Positions 35,401-44,506 of a stretch of DNA of 64,000 nucleotides are shown in pieces. Made by a program: the position numbers and the translations under genes. Each line of letters begins with the position of its first letter. Position 1 is the first letter of the stretch. This DNA comes from Alphaproteobacteria bacterium (GTDB taxonomy: Bacteria; Pseudomonadota; Alphaproteobacteria; UBA9219; RFNS01): contig JBBCGY010000002.1 of NCBI GenBank assembly GCA_037200005.1, forward strand, positions 460,667-524,666, written 5' to 3'. The notes under the pieces were generated by a model, which was given only the letters and a program-made list of their open reading frames with translations, ran no database searches and was not told where the DNA came from.

Positions 35401-36057
35401 TTATGTCCTCGGCTCTTTCGACAAATTCCACATCGCCTCGAATTGCTTGCGATAGGCAAGGGTGATCGCCGGAAATTTGTGGAGAATGATCGTCGGCGCG
35501 GGAACTGTCTGGAAATTCATGATCGCCAGGCATTCGCCATATATGTAGAACGGTACCGGCGCAAAAAGTTCCTTGGGGAACCAACGATACTCGTTGTAAT
35601 CGGCGGCGATAAAATTGGTGTCGCCTTCGCAGACAATCGCCAGGACCTTAATGTCCCTACGCTCGCGCACCAATTCCGTCATGCGCTTTCTGTGCGCCTT
35701 GGAAAATTCGACACCCATCGCCCAAAACAGGTTTTCATCGATGCCAAGCTGCATGATGGTGCCGCCATGCTCCTTGGTATATTCATACACGCCGTCAAAA
35801 AAGCGTTGAAGCCCGTCCGAGCCAACCAAAACTTCGACGCCTTGAGGCTTGAGACGAACGCCGGAATTGTCTGTGAACTCGACGCCGTTCTCATCGAACA
35901 CGCGTATAATATCGGCAAGCGTGCCTTCGCGCGGCTGTACGGCGTCGTCTTCGATCTTATTGATAGTGTCGCGCGTCAGCCCGGCCTTTTCCGCCAGCAA
36001 TGCGCCCGACCATCTTAAAAGGCCACGCGCGGCGCGTATCTGTCTGCCTATCGTCAT
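35401..36057 (-). CDS. XRE-family HTH domain fused to a ~150-aa uncharacterised C-terminal domain
   Basis: MTIGRQIRAARGLLRWSGALLAEKAGLTRDTINKIEDD (HTH_XRE). The remainder has no recognisable motif. Confidence 0.5.
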   Translation of the reverse strand: MTIGRQIRAARGLLRWSGALLAEKAGLTRDTINKIEDDAVQPREGTLADIIRVFDENGVEFTDNSGVRLKPQGVEVLVGSDGLQRFFDGVYEYTKEHGGTIMQLGIDENLFWAMGVEFSKAHRKRMTELVRERRDIKVLAIVCEGDTNFIAADYNEYRWFPKELFAPVPFYIYGECLAIMNFQTVPAPTIILHKFPAITLAYRKQFEAMWNLSKEPRT

Positions 36058-36306
36058 TTCAAATTGTTCCTCCGGGATACTTCGTAAATGCGTCCCGTTA
36101 AAATTACATGATTGCGTTATACAAGTATAATCAAAAACTGGCAATTAATTACACATATATGGTAAAATGAATGTTATCAACAGACATATTTAGTTTTATG
36201 CATGATTATTTCATGCAATTTGCAGGGTTTTTGTTGATTTTGACGAATCGGTTGGTTATATTGCCCATGATTTTGACTGAAGTCTCTATTTTATGAAGGA
36301 TTTTCG

Positions 36307-36480
36307 ATGACCAATTCATTCATGACTTTCCTCACGCGCCAGGGCGAACCGGCCACCGCCGCCATTGTCGAGAACTGGGAACGGCATGTCGGCCTGCGGG
36401 CGGATGCCGCAACGCCGCTGGAGCGGCGCTGGGCCATCATGATGGAGGATAGCGGGGCTACGGGGGCGGTTGCGGCATGA
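36307..36480 (+). CDS. small hypothetical ORF 1 of 3 (57 aa; below the ORF-track size cutoff)
   Basis: ATG with an AAGGA RBS 9 nt upstream, directly after a ~190-nt AT-rich promoter region. Stop overlaps the next start (ATGA). Confidence 0.35.
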   Translation: MTNSFMTFLTRQGEPATAAIVENWERHVGLRADAATPLERRWAIMMEDSGATGAVAA

Positions 36481-36701
36481 AAACCAAAACCGCCGAACAT
36501 TTCCGCGATGCCGTGGACGATCTGGCGCACGAAGCCGCAAGGTCAAATCGCTCTCGCGCCGCCATCCTGAAACGCGCCGAGGAATTGGACATTGCCGCCT
36601 GCCAATCCTGGCTCGATGGAGAAATCGAAAAACCGGATTATCTTGTCCTTGAAGCGCGTCTTATTGTCCTGATCGAATCTCTCTCGAAAGAAAAAGGCTA
36701 G
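36477..36701 (+). CDS. small hypothetical ORF 2 of 3 (74 aa)
   Basis: Coupled to ORF 1 (ATGA). Acidic helical protein MKTKTAEHFRDAVDDLAHEAARS... Confidence 0.4.
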   Translation: MKTKTAEHFRDAVDDLAHEAARSNRSRAAILKRAEELDIAACQSWLDGEIEKPDYLVLEARLIVLIESLSKEKG

Positions 36702-36705
36702 CGCG

Positions 36706-36870
36706 ATGACCTACAAGGAACTCGTCGCGCGTTATGGCTACGACATGGCTTTCGGTTTGCTTGTCACTATCGAGAAGCTGGCGAAGATCAAGCACGACAT
36801 TATCGAGATCGACGAAGAAATCCGGCTGCGACAGGCGCTGGAAGTTTTGGACCAAACGGAATTGGCATAA
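36706..36870 (+). CDS. small hypothetical ORF 3 of 3 (54 aa; below the ORF-track size cutoff)
   Basis: ATG 36706 with an AAAGG RBS. MTYKELVARYGYDMAFGLLVTIEKLAKIKHDIIEIDEEIRLRQALEVLDQTELA. Confidence 0.35.
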   Translation: MTYKELVARYGYDMAFGLLVTIEKLAKIKHDIIEIDEEIRLRQALEVLDQTELA

Positions 36871-36954
36871 CCGGAACCTGCGATCGCGCTGCTGCGTCAC
36901 TGTCGGAAGGAAACGGGAATGACGGCTCTATTTGTCGGATATTTTCCCAAAAAA

Positions 36955-37725
36955 TCATGAAGTCTGAAACCGTCCGATGGCCCTGGAAACCATGGCGGGC
37001 GTCGTTCTGTCGATTCCGGGATGATGGAACGGCACCCATCGAAACCGCATATACCACAACAGGCCGGGATGCGGCGGCCTGCTGTAGTCGTAATTCGCGA
37101 GCGGCCGGAAACTTTCCCGGGTCACATCGACATATGATAAATTGCGTTTCTCGGACGCATAGACGGCAAGGCAGCGGCGTTTCCATTCCTGCTCTTCCGG
37201 GGTGAGATATATGGTCGACACGGATCGGGTGGGGAAGGGGAACTGGTGGCTATTGACGGCGCCGCCGCACCAATTATATTCGGCGAATTCGATCACCGGC
37301 ATTTGTTTGCCTAATTCCCGGCCGACGGCGTTCAGCCCGTCGTGATCGGCATTGCCACCCTCATAAGCGGGGACCCATAGCTGATCGATCTGGTATTTCA
37401 GAATAATCTCTTCGATTTCCTTCAGCGCCTTGGGCAGTTGCCGCCATAGGAACCGCGCCGGAACCGGTTTCCATGACACCGGCATGATGCCCAGCATGGT
37501 TGCCGCCCGCCGGGCTTCCTCATGGCGTCGCAAAATCCGTTTCTTATAGGCGCGGCGTTGCCAGGGCCACAATGTTTGCAGGGCCGGGCAGCCATGCGTC
37601 AGATACGCCCCGTATATTTTCGCGCCTTCGGCCTGAGCGCGGCGTATGGCGGCGGCGCATGCGACGACTTCATCGTCAGGATGCGGAATCAGGATGAGTA
37701 TCTTTTTACCGAATGGGCCGATCAT
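36955..37725 (-). CDS. PIG-L/LmbE-family N-acetylglucosaminyl deacetylase
   Basis: KILILIPHPDDEVVACAAAI... and HDGLN, the LmbE/PIG-L zinc-binding signature. Confidence 0.75.
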   Translation of the reverse strand: MIGPFGKKILILIPHPDDEVVACAAAIRRAQAEGAKIYGAYLTHGCPALQTLWPWQRRAYKKRILRRHEEARRAATMLGIMPVSWKPVPARFLWRQLPKALKEIEEIILKYQIDQLWVPAYEGGNADHDGLNAVGRELGKQMPVIEFAEYNWCGGAVNSHQFPFPTRSVSTIYLTPEEQEWKRRCLAVYASEKRNLSYVDVTRESFRPLANYDYSRPPHPGLLWYMRFRWVPFHHPGIDRTTPAMVSRAIGRFQTS

Positions 37726-37799
37726 AAAATATTCCGCCTATCATTTTCTGGCATGCTGCATTAAAATTGGCCCGAACGGGACTCTCTTGGGGTGAACAA

Positions 37800-38435
37800 A
37801 TGCGTATCGTTGCATTATTGGTGCTGGCTTTTTGTCTGGTTGCCGGTTCTTCGCCTGTCATAGCACAGGACGCTAACCCCGGCGCGTCTACCGATACCAG
37901 CAACCAATCCGCCGCGCAAACCACTCAGCAGTGCCAAATTCCCATGCCCCCCGCGCCGTCTGCGGCGAACAATATGCCCATGGCAGGGATAAACTCCATC
38001 GGAGCAGGCATGGCTGGGGGCATGTCGGATCCCGCCCAAGACGCGCTGCAGAAAAAACTTCAGAACAATTTTCAAATCCAAATGATGAGGGCGATGCAGG
38101 CCAAGCTTGAGCAAATGTATGGGGCTAAGCTCCCCAAGCTGCCGGCGGGAGATTACGGCAAGGTATGCCCTCTTTGTTATATACTGGTCGGTGCCAATCG
38201 GTCGGACATTTTGCAGTGCACCTGCCCTGTAGGCGATGATAATAACAGTTACAAGCGCATAGATCTCGCCCTGGACGCTTGCAAGCCAGGTGAGAAGGTG
38301 TCTTATTGCGGCATGGATCTTGTGTGCGGAGATTGCATCAGCGCGAAAATTGAGCCCAGCGTTGAAAACTCTACTGAAATTAAAAGCTCTGCTAAAAAAA
38401 AGCGAGAAAGCTTCAGCGGTTGCAGTTCCCGATAA
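37800..38435 (+). CDS. secreted Cys-rich hypothetical protein; annotated stop follows an A8 tract, and the -1 frame continues as a Lys-rich tail to 38550
   Basis: Signal peptide MRIVALLVLAFCLVAGSSPVIAQ. Cys cluster CPLCY...CTCP...CKPGEKVSYCGMDLVCGDC. A8 at 38394-38401. Confidence 0.5.
   Translation: MRIVALLVLAFCLVAGSSPVIAQDANPGASTDTSNQSAAQTTQQCQIPMPPAPSAANNMPMAGINSIGAGMAGGMSDPAQDALQKKLQNNFQIQMMRAMQAKLEQMYGAKLPKLPAGDYGKVCPLCYILVGANRSDILQCTCPVGDDNNSYKRIDLALDACKPGEKVSYCGMDLVCGDCISAKIEPSVENSTEIKSSAKKKRESFSGCSSR
38394..38401 (+). repeat. A8 homopolymeric tract inside the CDS
   Basis: gctAAAAAAAAgcgag. Removing one A fuses the CDS to a 48-aa K/E/P-rich C-terminal extension ending at 38550. Confidence 0.9.
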
Positions 38436-38553
38436 AAAAGACCCCGGCAAAAAGGATGCCGAGAAAAAAGAGAATAAAAAACCGGCCGCTAAACCCGGCT
38501 TGCTGGAAATGCTTTTCGGCAAAAAGCCCGCCGAAGAACCAGCCAATTAAAAA

Positions 38554-39069
38554 TCAGCTTTTGTCCTGCTGCCGGGCATTCGTCGCCAGGCTGCGCGATG
38601 GCTCGCATGCGGGGAGATTGTTGTTGGCGCGAGTCCATATTTGGCTTTGTCCCAGAAGCGGCGTCAGAACATAACCTCTGAGTTCAATGGCGTCCGGGCT
38701 TTGGGGACGAATTTCCGAGCTGAATTTCGTGCCGTGCCTCGGGCTGTATATCCAGCCGCCGGAGAACTTGCCGTCGGCTTCGGTAAAGCCGCCCATGAAT
38801 TGCATGCCGCATAGCGGGCGGTTGCGCAATTTTGGATCGGGATTCTTGTCATCCATATCCGCGGCGGGCGCGTCATTCGGGTCTGGCTTCAGCCAATAAA
38901 ATTTGCCGCACAATTCCTGTCCGCACGGATAAAGCTCGACGGCGCCGCTTTTATCTTCGGTAAGCCATACACCTTTAACCGAGGTGAACGGATCGCTTGC
39001 CGCCATTGCTGTCCCTGGACTCAAAATAGCGGCCAAAAATGCGATACGAATAATGTTTCTTGTGAACAT
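38554..39069 (-). CDS. DUF2147-like periplasmic protein
   Basis: Signal peptide. GVWLTEDKSGAVELYPCGQELCGKFYWLK matches the DUF2147 N-terminal signature. Confidence 0.55.
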   Translation of the reverse strand: MFTRNIIRIAFLAAILSPGTAMAASDPFTSVKGVWLTEDKSGAVELYPCGQELCGKFYWLKPDPNDAPAADMDDKNPDPKLRNRPLCGMQFMGGFTEADGKFSGGWIYSPRHGTKFSSEIRPQSPDAIELRGYVLTPLLGQSQIWTRANNNLPACEPSRSLATNARQQDKS

Positions 39070-39225
39070 GCAACCATAACCTCATGATAAACATGAAGAG
39101 AACCTAGCATATAATATGTTGTTGTGGCTGCAACAGTAAGGGAAAATATATCACAGCCGGTTGCTAATTAACCATGATCCTGTTAACCATCATGCTGATT
39201 CAATTGTAGCGCTGGAGTAAACGAA

Positions 39226-39552
39226 ATGACCAATCGGGTAATTTATTGGAAGGCGATAGGGTTCAGCATTCTCGCCCTGTTGCTGACGGTAGCCTATGCG
39301 TTGCGCGTATACAGCAACAACGATCTGCGGCGCGTCATCGATGCGCGGCAGCAGCAGATCAATGCCGCCCAGCCTTTAGGTCAGCTGTATCAAGGCGTGG
39401 CGCAGTCTTTGATGGGCTATGCCATGGAACGGGATGATCGGGCTGTCCGGGATTTTCTGACCCAGGAAGGCATCGAAGTCCCGGCCGCCAAGCCTGCCGC
39501 GCCGACGCCTCAAGATAGCCCGGCCAAACCGGCTCCCACTAAATCCAAATAA
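39226..39552 (+). CDS. membrane-anchored hypothetical protein (108 aa)
   Basis: N-terminal TM IYWKAIGFSILALLLTVAYAL, then a Q-rich helix and a Pro/Ala-rich tail. Confidence 0.45.
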   Translation: MTNRVIYWKAIGFSILALLLTVAYALRVYSNNDLRRVIDARQQQINAAQPLGQLYQGVAQSLMGYAMERDDRAVRDFLTQEGIEVPAAKPAAPTPQDSPAKPAPTKSK

Positions 39553-39572
39553 TGTCGATAGAGGGTAAAGCG

Positions 39573-39926
39573 ATGAACTCGAACGAATCGTCCTGCAAAT
39601 TTAATCTGGCGTCTCTTTCCGAATGCCCTGTATTGCCGATAGCGATCCTGGCTCTCGCCGTTGTCGGGTTGGCCGGGGTTCAGGTGTCCCTGGCATGGTC
39701 CGATGGCACGGTGCTGCGTCAGGTGCGCGAGAACCAGACTCAGCCTTTAGCCCAGAGCCTCGAACTGCAGGCCAAGCTTGATCGCCTTGCGGTCGGAACT
39801 TTGCAGCTTGCCGATAGCGGCAATGCCAATGCTAAAGAGCTTGTGGAACGCATGAAGCAGGCGGGTGTCACGATCAATCCCGTCAAGCCTGCCGATGGCA
39901 ATGGCGGCGTTAAGCCCGCTAAATAA
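39573..39926 (+). CDS. membrane-anchored hypothetical protein, paralog of the preceding gene
   Basis: Same architecture. Tails are similar (GIEVPAAKPAAP vs GVTINPVKPADG). Alternative start at 39552. Confidence 0.45.
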   Translation: MNSNESSCKFNLASLSECPVLPIAILALAVVGLAGVQVSLAWSDGTVLRQVRENQTQPLAQSLELQAKLDRLAVGTLQLADSGNANAKELVERMKQAGVTINPVKPADGNGGVKPAK

Positions 39927-39937
39927 AGGCTGCCGAC

Positions 39938-40598
39938 TTAAGCGGCTACCGACGATAGCGGCATCTGATGCATTGCCTGATTGAGATAGCTCTCGATATG
40001 CTGCGTCAGTTCGTCCAGATGCTCGTTGAAAAAGTGACCCGCGCCGGGCACCAGACGGTAATCGATGGTGATGCCGCGCTGATAGGACAGCTTATGCACC
40101 AGCTTGGCGACGGCGGCTTCTGGCACCAACTCATCGGCGGCCCCATGGAGCATCATACCGGAAGTAGGGCAGGGCGCCAGGAAATTGAAATCGAGCAGGT
40201 TGGCGGGCGGGGCGACCGAGATGAAGCGGTCGATTGACGGCGCATCAGCAATTGCATGCCGATCCATGAGCCGAAGGAAAATCCCGCGACCCATACGGCG
40301 CGGCAATTCGGATTGAAGCTCTGCAGCCAGTCGAGCGCCGACGCCGCATCGGCCAATTCGCCTTCGCCACGGTCATAGCTGCCCTGGCTGCGGCCTACGC
40401 CGCGAAAGTTAAACCGAACGGTCGCGAAATCGCGCTTGGCGAACGCGTTATACATCGCATAAACGACTTTGTTGTTCATCGTTCGCCATGCTGCGGATGG
40501 GGATGCAAAATCAACGCGATGGGAGCGGTCGGAGACTTGCCGGGGCTATAGCGTCCCTCGAGACGGCCTGCGGGGCCCGTAAACAGAATTTCTGGCAT
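39938..40598 (-). pseudogene. alpha/beta hydrolase with two apparent 1-nt deletions (likely homopolymer sequencing errors)
   Basis: Three minus-strand frames concatenate to MPEILFTGPAGRLEGRYSPGKSPTAPIALILHPHPQHG|TMNNKVVYAMYNAF...GFSFGSWIGMQLLMRR|IDRFISVAPPANLLDFNFLAPCPTSGMMLHGAADELVP... Shifts lie at G-run ~40487 and C-run ~40266. Confidence 0.6.
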
Positions 40599-40897
40599 AA
40601 GAGCGAGTCTCCACTATTATCTAATTGAGAAACATGGAAAAATTTCCATATTCTGCTTTCTCTATATATCGCAATCCGGGCGGCAAAATTCAAGCATCTT
40701 GTATAAAACCGGAATAAATATTAACTGGCTTCTTAGAAAACACGCTTATATATTTGGAATGTAAGAACAATCCATGTTGTATAAGCATGCTATTCCGATG
40801 TTGGATTTTGCTGGATTGCATTATTAACCTATAACGATTCTTGAATTGCGATGATGATCGCTGATGATTAAGGCGTCGTGATGGCGGGCAGCAGGGC

Positions 40898-41996
40898 ATG
40901 ATTGATCTCGATTATAATGCGACGGCGCCGGTTTAAACCCGCCGTGCGCGAGGCCATGAGCGCCGCGCTGGAACTCGGGGGAAATGCCTCCTCGGTTCAT
41001 GGATTGGGCCGCAAGGCCCGCGCCGCCGTGGAAGAAGCCCGCGAACGGGTCGCGGCTATGGTGAAGATCAAGCCTGCCCACGTCTTTTTTACCGGCGGCG
41101 GCACCGAGGCCAATAATTGGGCGGTGAGGGGGTGGCAAGGGCAGGTTCTGGCCTCCGCCATCGAGCATGATTCAGTGCTGGCGTCAGTGCCAGGCCCCTA
41201 TATCCCCGTTACTGGCGACGGGATCGTGAATCTCGAAGCCCTAGAACAGATGCTTGCCGCGTCGGCGGCCCCGGCGCTGGTTTCGGTCATGCTGGTCAAT
41301 AATGAAACCGGCGTCATTCAACCGATCCGCGAGGTGGCCGATATAGCCCGCCGCCATCGCGCCACCGTCCATTGCGACGCCGTGCAGGCCGCCGGAAAAA
41401 TCCCGCTGGATTTTTACGATCTCGGCGTGGATATGCTGAGCCTTTCCGCCCATAAATTCGGCGGGCCGCAAGGGGTTGGCGCTTTGGTGCTGGCGGATAA
41501 AATACCGCTGGAGCCGCTGTTGCGGGGCGGCGGGCAGGAGAAACGCCGCCGGGCGGGGACGGAAAACGTCGCCGGGATCGTCGGTTTCGGAACGGCGGCG
41601 GCGCTGGTACCGGAAGAGTTGGCGCGGCAGGGTCAGCTGCGCGCCTGGCGCGACGCGCTTGAGGAAGGCATAAGAAATTATGCTCCCGACGCGATCATCG
41701 CGGGCGGCAAAGCCGAAAGGGTCGCCAACACGGCCTGCGTCATCATGCCGGGCATGAAGGGGGAGACCCAGGTCATGGGTTTCGATCTCGCGGGACTGGC
41801 GGTCAGCAGCGGCTCGGCCTGTTCCAGCGGGAAAGTCGCCTCATCCCATGTGCTAAAGGCCATGGGTTATGATATTATGCAGTCCGGCTCCGCCATGCGG
41901 CTTTCGCTGGGTTGGGGCAGCCGCGCGGAAGATGTCGACGCGGCAATAGAAAACTGGCAGAAGTTACACCGTCGCGCGCGCGGGCAGGCAGCATGA
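40898..41996 (+). pseudogene. cysteine desulfurase (NifS/IscS family) with apparent +1 T insertion at 40932-40934 near the N-terminus
   Basis: ATG 40898 encodes MIDLDYNATAPV then TAA. The next frame continues KPAVREAMSAALELGGNASSVHGLGRKA...SAHKFGGPQGVGAL...SSGSACSSG. Deleting one T of GTTTAAA restores a single ORF. Confidence 0.7.
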
Positions 41997-42038
41997 AAGA
42001 TCGCGATAAGCATAAAACGACAAGAATAAGGGGAGCGC

Positions 42039-42665
42039 ATGAGCAATAAGATCATCGGCATCATCGAAGCCAAGGACATGATGAGCACCGATATCGTGTG
42101 CTGGTTCTGCCAAAAGCAGCTGTCGCCGCGCGCCCTGTTCTGCAACCATTGCGGCGCGATCCAGCCGGTGCGGCCGCTGGACCATTTCGCGCGCCTCGGC
42201 ATCGAGCGGCGCATCGATATCGACCAGACCACGCTCGACCGGCAATTCGCGGGCATGCAGAAAACCCTCAGCCCCGACCGTTTCGCCATCCGCACCGCGA
42301 CCGAGCGCACCTATGCCGCCAAGCAGCTCGAAGCCCTCACGGCGGCCTATGAAGTTTTGCGCGATCCGGTGAAGCGCGGACGCTATTGGCTGACGATGCA
42401 TAACAAGGAGTTCGAGGACGCCCAGGCCACCATCGCCATCGTCCAGGAAATGCGCCTGCAATGCGAGCAGGCCGGCTCCGCGCCCGAGATCGACCGCGTG
42501 GCGCATAAGGCCACGCAGGCGTTCGAGGAAGGCATCACCCGCCTCATGCAGTCGCTGCGCCAGCAGAACTGGCAAGGCGCGAACGAAACCCTGCTCGAAC
42601 TCGACGGCATGGAAAACATCCTCTCCGAAGCCCGCCAAAAGCGGCGGGATATGGAGAAGAGGTAG
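42039..42665 (+). CDS. hscB: Fe-S cluster co-chaperone HscB (J-domain) with N-terminal Cys4 zinc-ribbon
   Basis: CWFCQKQLSPRALFCNHCGAIQP, then a J-like domain DHFARLGIERRIDIDQTTLDRQFAGMQKTLSPDRFA and a C-terminal helical domain. Confidence 0.65.
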   Translation: MSNKIIGIIEAKDMMSTDIVCWFCQKQLSPRALFCNHCGAIQPVRPLDHFARLGIERRIDIDQTTLDRQFAGMQKTLSPDRFAIRTATERTYAAKQLEALTAAYEVLRDPVKRGRYWLTMHNKEFEDAQATIAIVQEMRLQCEQAGSAPEIDRVAHKATQAFEEGITRLMQSLRQQNWQGANETLLELDGMENILSEARQKRRDMEKR

Positions 42666-42667
42666 GG

Positions 42668-43135
42668 TTAGGTCGGCGTCGGGACTTGAATGACCCGAAC
42701 GCCTGTTTCCTGAAGAAAAGACAGGCTTTGAAAGGGTGGCTTCTGCTCCCTTACGGAAAAAATCACTGTGCCGATCTGATACTGGGCGATCAGTTTTGCG
42801 CAAGACATTCTGTTGGGATCGCTGCGGCGGAAACAAGGCTCATGCGTGGATATGAGAATGCCGCCTTCGCATGCGACAGCTTTCTTGGCCGCTTCGCGGA
42901 ACAATAGCTCTTCGGCGTGGCCGAGACCGTGATCGGCTCCGCTATAGGTTCCATGGCATCCGCCGCCTTTATCGATAAGAATGGCGCCGACGGCTAAAGC
43001 GCCCTCCCGAGTCAGCAGATGTTTGGGAGTCCGCGACGCGAGCTCGAACGCGCAGCTTATCAATTGAGCCGCGATGCTGTCCGTAACGCCTTCCATGGCT
43101 TGCCGAACAAGATCAGGCGGAACAATGATTGGCAT
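42668..43135 (-). CDS. cytidine/deoxycytidylate-deaminase-family zinc-binding protein
   Basis: HAEELLF (H[AC]E motif) and [14 protein letters not shown] (PCxxC-like) deaminase zinc ligands. Confidence 0.55.
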   Translation of the reverse strand: MPIIVPPDLVRQAMEGVTDSIAAQLISCAFELASRTPKHLLTREGALAVGAILIDKGGGCHGTYSGADHGLGHAEELLFREAAKKAVACEGGILISTHEPCFRRSDPNRMSCAKLIAQYQIGTVIFSVREQKPPFQSLSFLQETGVRVIQVPTPT

Positions 43136-44506
43136 TGGCTGCTCCATTTGAGACACCGCTATAAATGACTACGCCGCCTTGCTTTTCTCCTCCAGCCACG
43201 CTCCGAAATCCGCTTTCCGCCCGCGCGGTGTAGGCTTTCTTGCGCTCGCGGCCGCCGGGGCCGGTGGTGATCGGCGGGAATAATCCGAAATTGACGTTCA
43301 TCGGCTGGAAAGTTTCGGCGCTGGCCGCGCCGGTGATATGCGCCAATAGCGCGCCCATCGCGGTCGTGCGCGGCGGAGGCTGCATCGTCTGCCCAAGCCG
43401 CGCCGCCGCTGCGAACCGTCCCACGAGAATCCCGATCGCGCCGGATTCGACATAGCCCTCGACGCCGGTGATCTGCCCCGCGAAGCGGATATTGGGTTTC
43501 GCCTTGAGCCGCAATTCGCCGTCGAGCAAACGCGGGCTGTTGATGAAGGTGTTGCGATGCAGCCCGCCGAGGCGCGCGAATTCGGCGTTTTCCAGGCCGG
43601 GGATCATCTTGAAGATGCGCGTCTGCTCGGCATATTTCAACTTGGTCTGGAAGCCGACCATATTGTAGAGCGTGCCGAGCGCGTTATCCTGCCGCAGCTG
43701 CATCACGGCGTAAGGCCGCCGGCTGGTATGCGGATCGGTGAGGCCGACCGGCTTCATCGGGCCGTAGCGCAGCGTATCCGCGCCGCGCTCGGCCATCACT
43801 TCGATGGGCAGGCAGCCCTCGAAATAGGGCGTGCTCTTTTCCCATTCCTTGAAGTCGGTTTTTTCTCCCGCCAGCAGCGCCGCGATGAAAGCCAGATATT
43901 GCTCCTTGTCCATCGCGCAATTGATGTAGTCGCTGCGGTGCCGCCGGGGCCGACTTTGTCGTAGCGCGACTGCATCCACGCCTTGCTCATATCGATGCTC
44001 TCGCGATAGAGGATCGGCGCGATGGCGTCGAAGAAGGCGAGCGACTCCTCGCCGGTCAGTGCGCGGATCGATTCCGCTAGCGCCGTGCCGGTCAGCGGCC
44101 CGGTGGCGATGATCGTCTGATCCCATTCGGGCAGCGCCGCGATTTCCTCCCGCGCCACGGTCAGCAGCGGATGCGCGGTCAGCTTCGCGGTGACGGCCTC
44201 GGCGAAACCTTCGCGATCGACAGCCAGCGCGCCGCCAGCCGGAACCTGATGGCCCGCCGCCGTCTCCATGAGGATCGAGCCGCAGCGGCGCATTTCGTCA
44301 TGCAGCAGCCCGACGGCGTTATAGTCCGCGTCGTCGGAACGGAAGGAATTGGAGCAGACCAGCTCGGCGAATTGATCGGTCTGATGCGCGTCGGTCTTCA
44401 CGACCGGGCGCATTTCATGCAGCACGACGGGAATGCCGGACTGAAGTAGCTGCCACGCCGCTTCGCTGCCCGCCATGCCCGCGCCGATGATGTGGACGGG
44501 AGTCAT
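43113..44506 (-). pseudogene. trmFO: methylenetetrahydrofolate--tRNA-(uracil54-C5)-methyltransferase TrmFO with one apparent 1-nt deletion (~43941-43950)
   Basis: N-part [20 protein letters not shown]...[15 protein letters not shown] in frame A. Continuation ...[32 protein letters not shown]...[14 protein letters not shown]...[10 protein letters not shown] in frame B. Junction sits in a GGCCCCGGCGGC run. Confidence 0.75.

Noticed and set aside
37815-38546. 243-aa minus-strand ORF overlapping the Cys-rich secreted protein gene
   Set aside because: Low-complexity G/L/S/F-rich translation without start context. The plus-strand gene has a signal peptide and coherent sequence.
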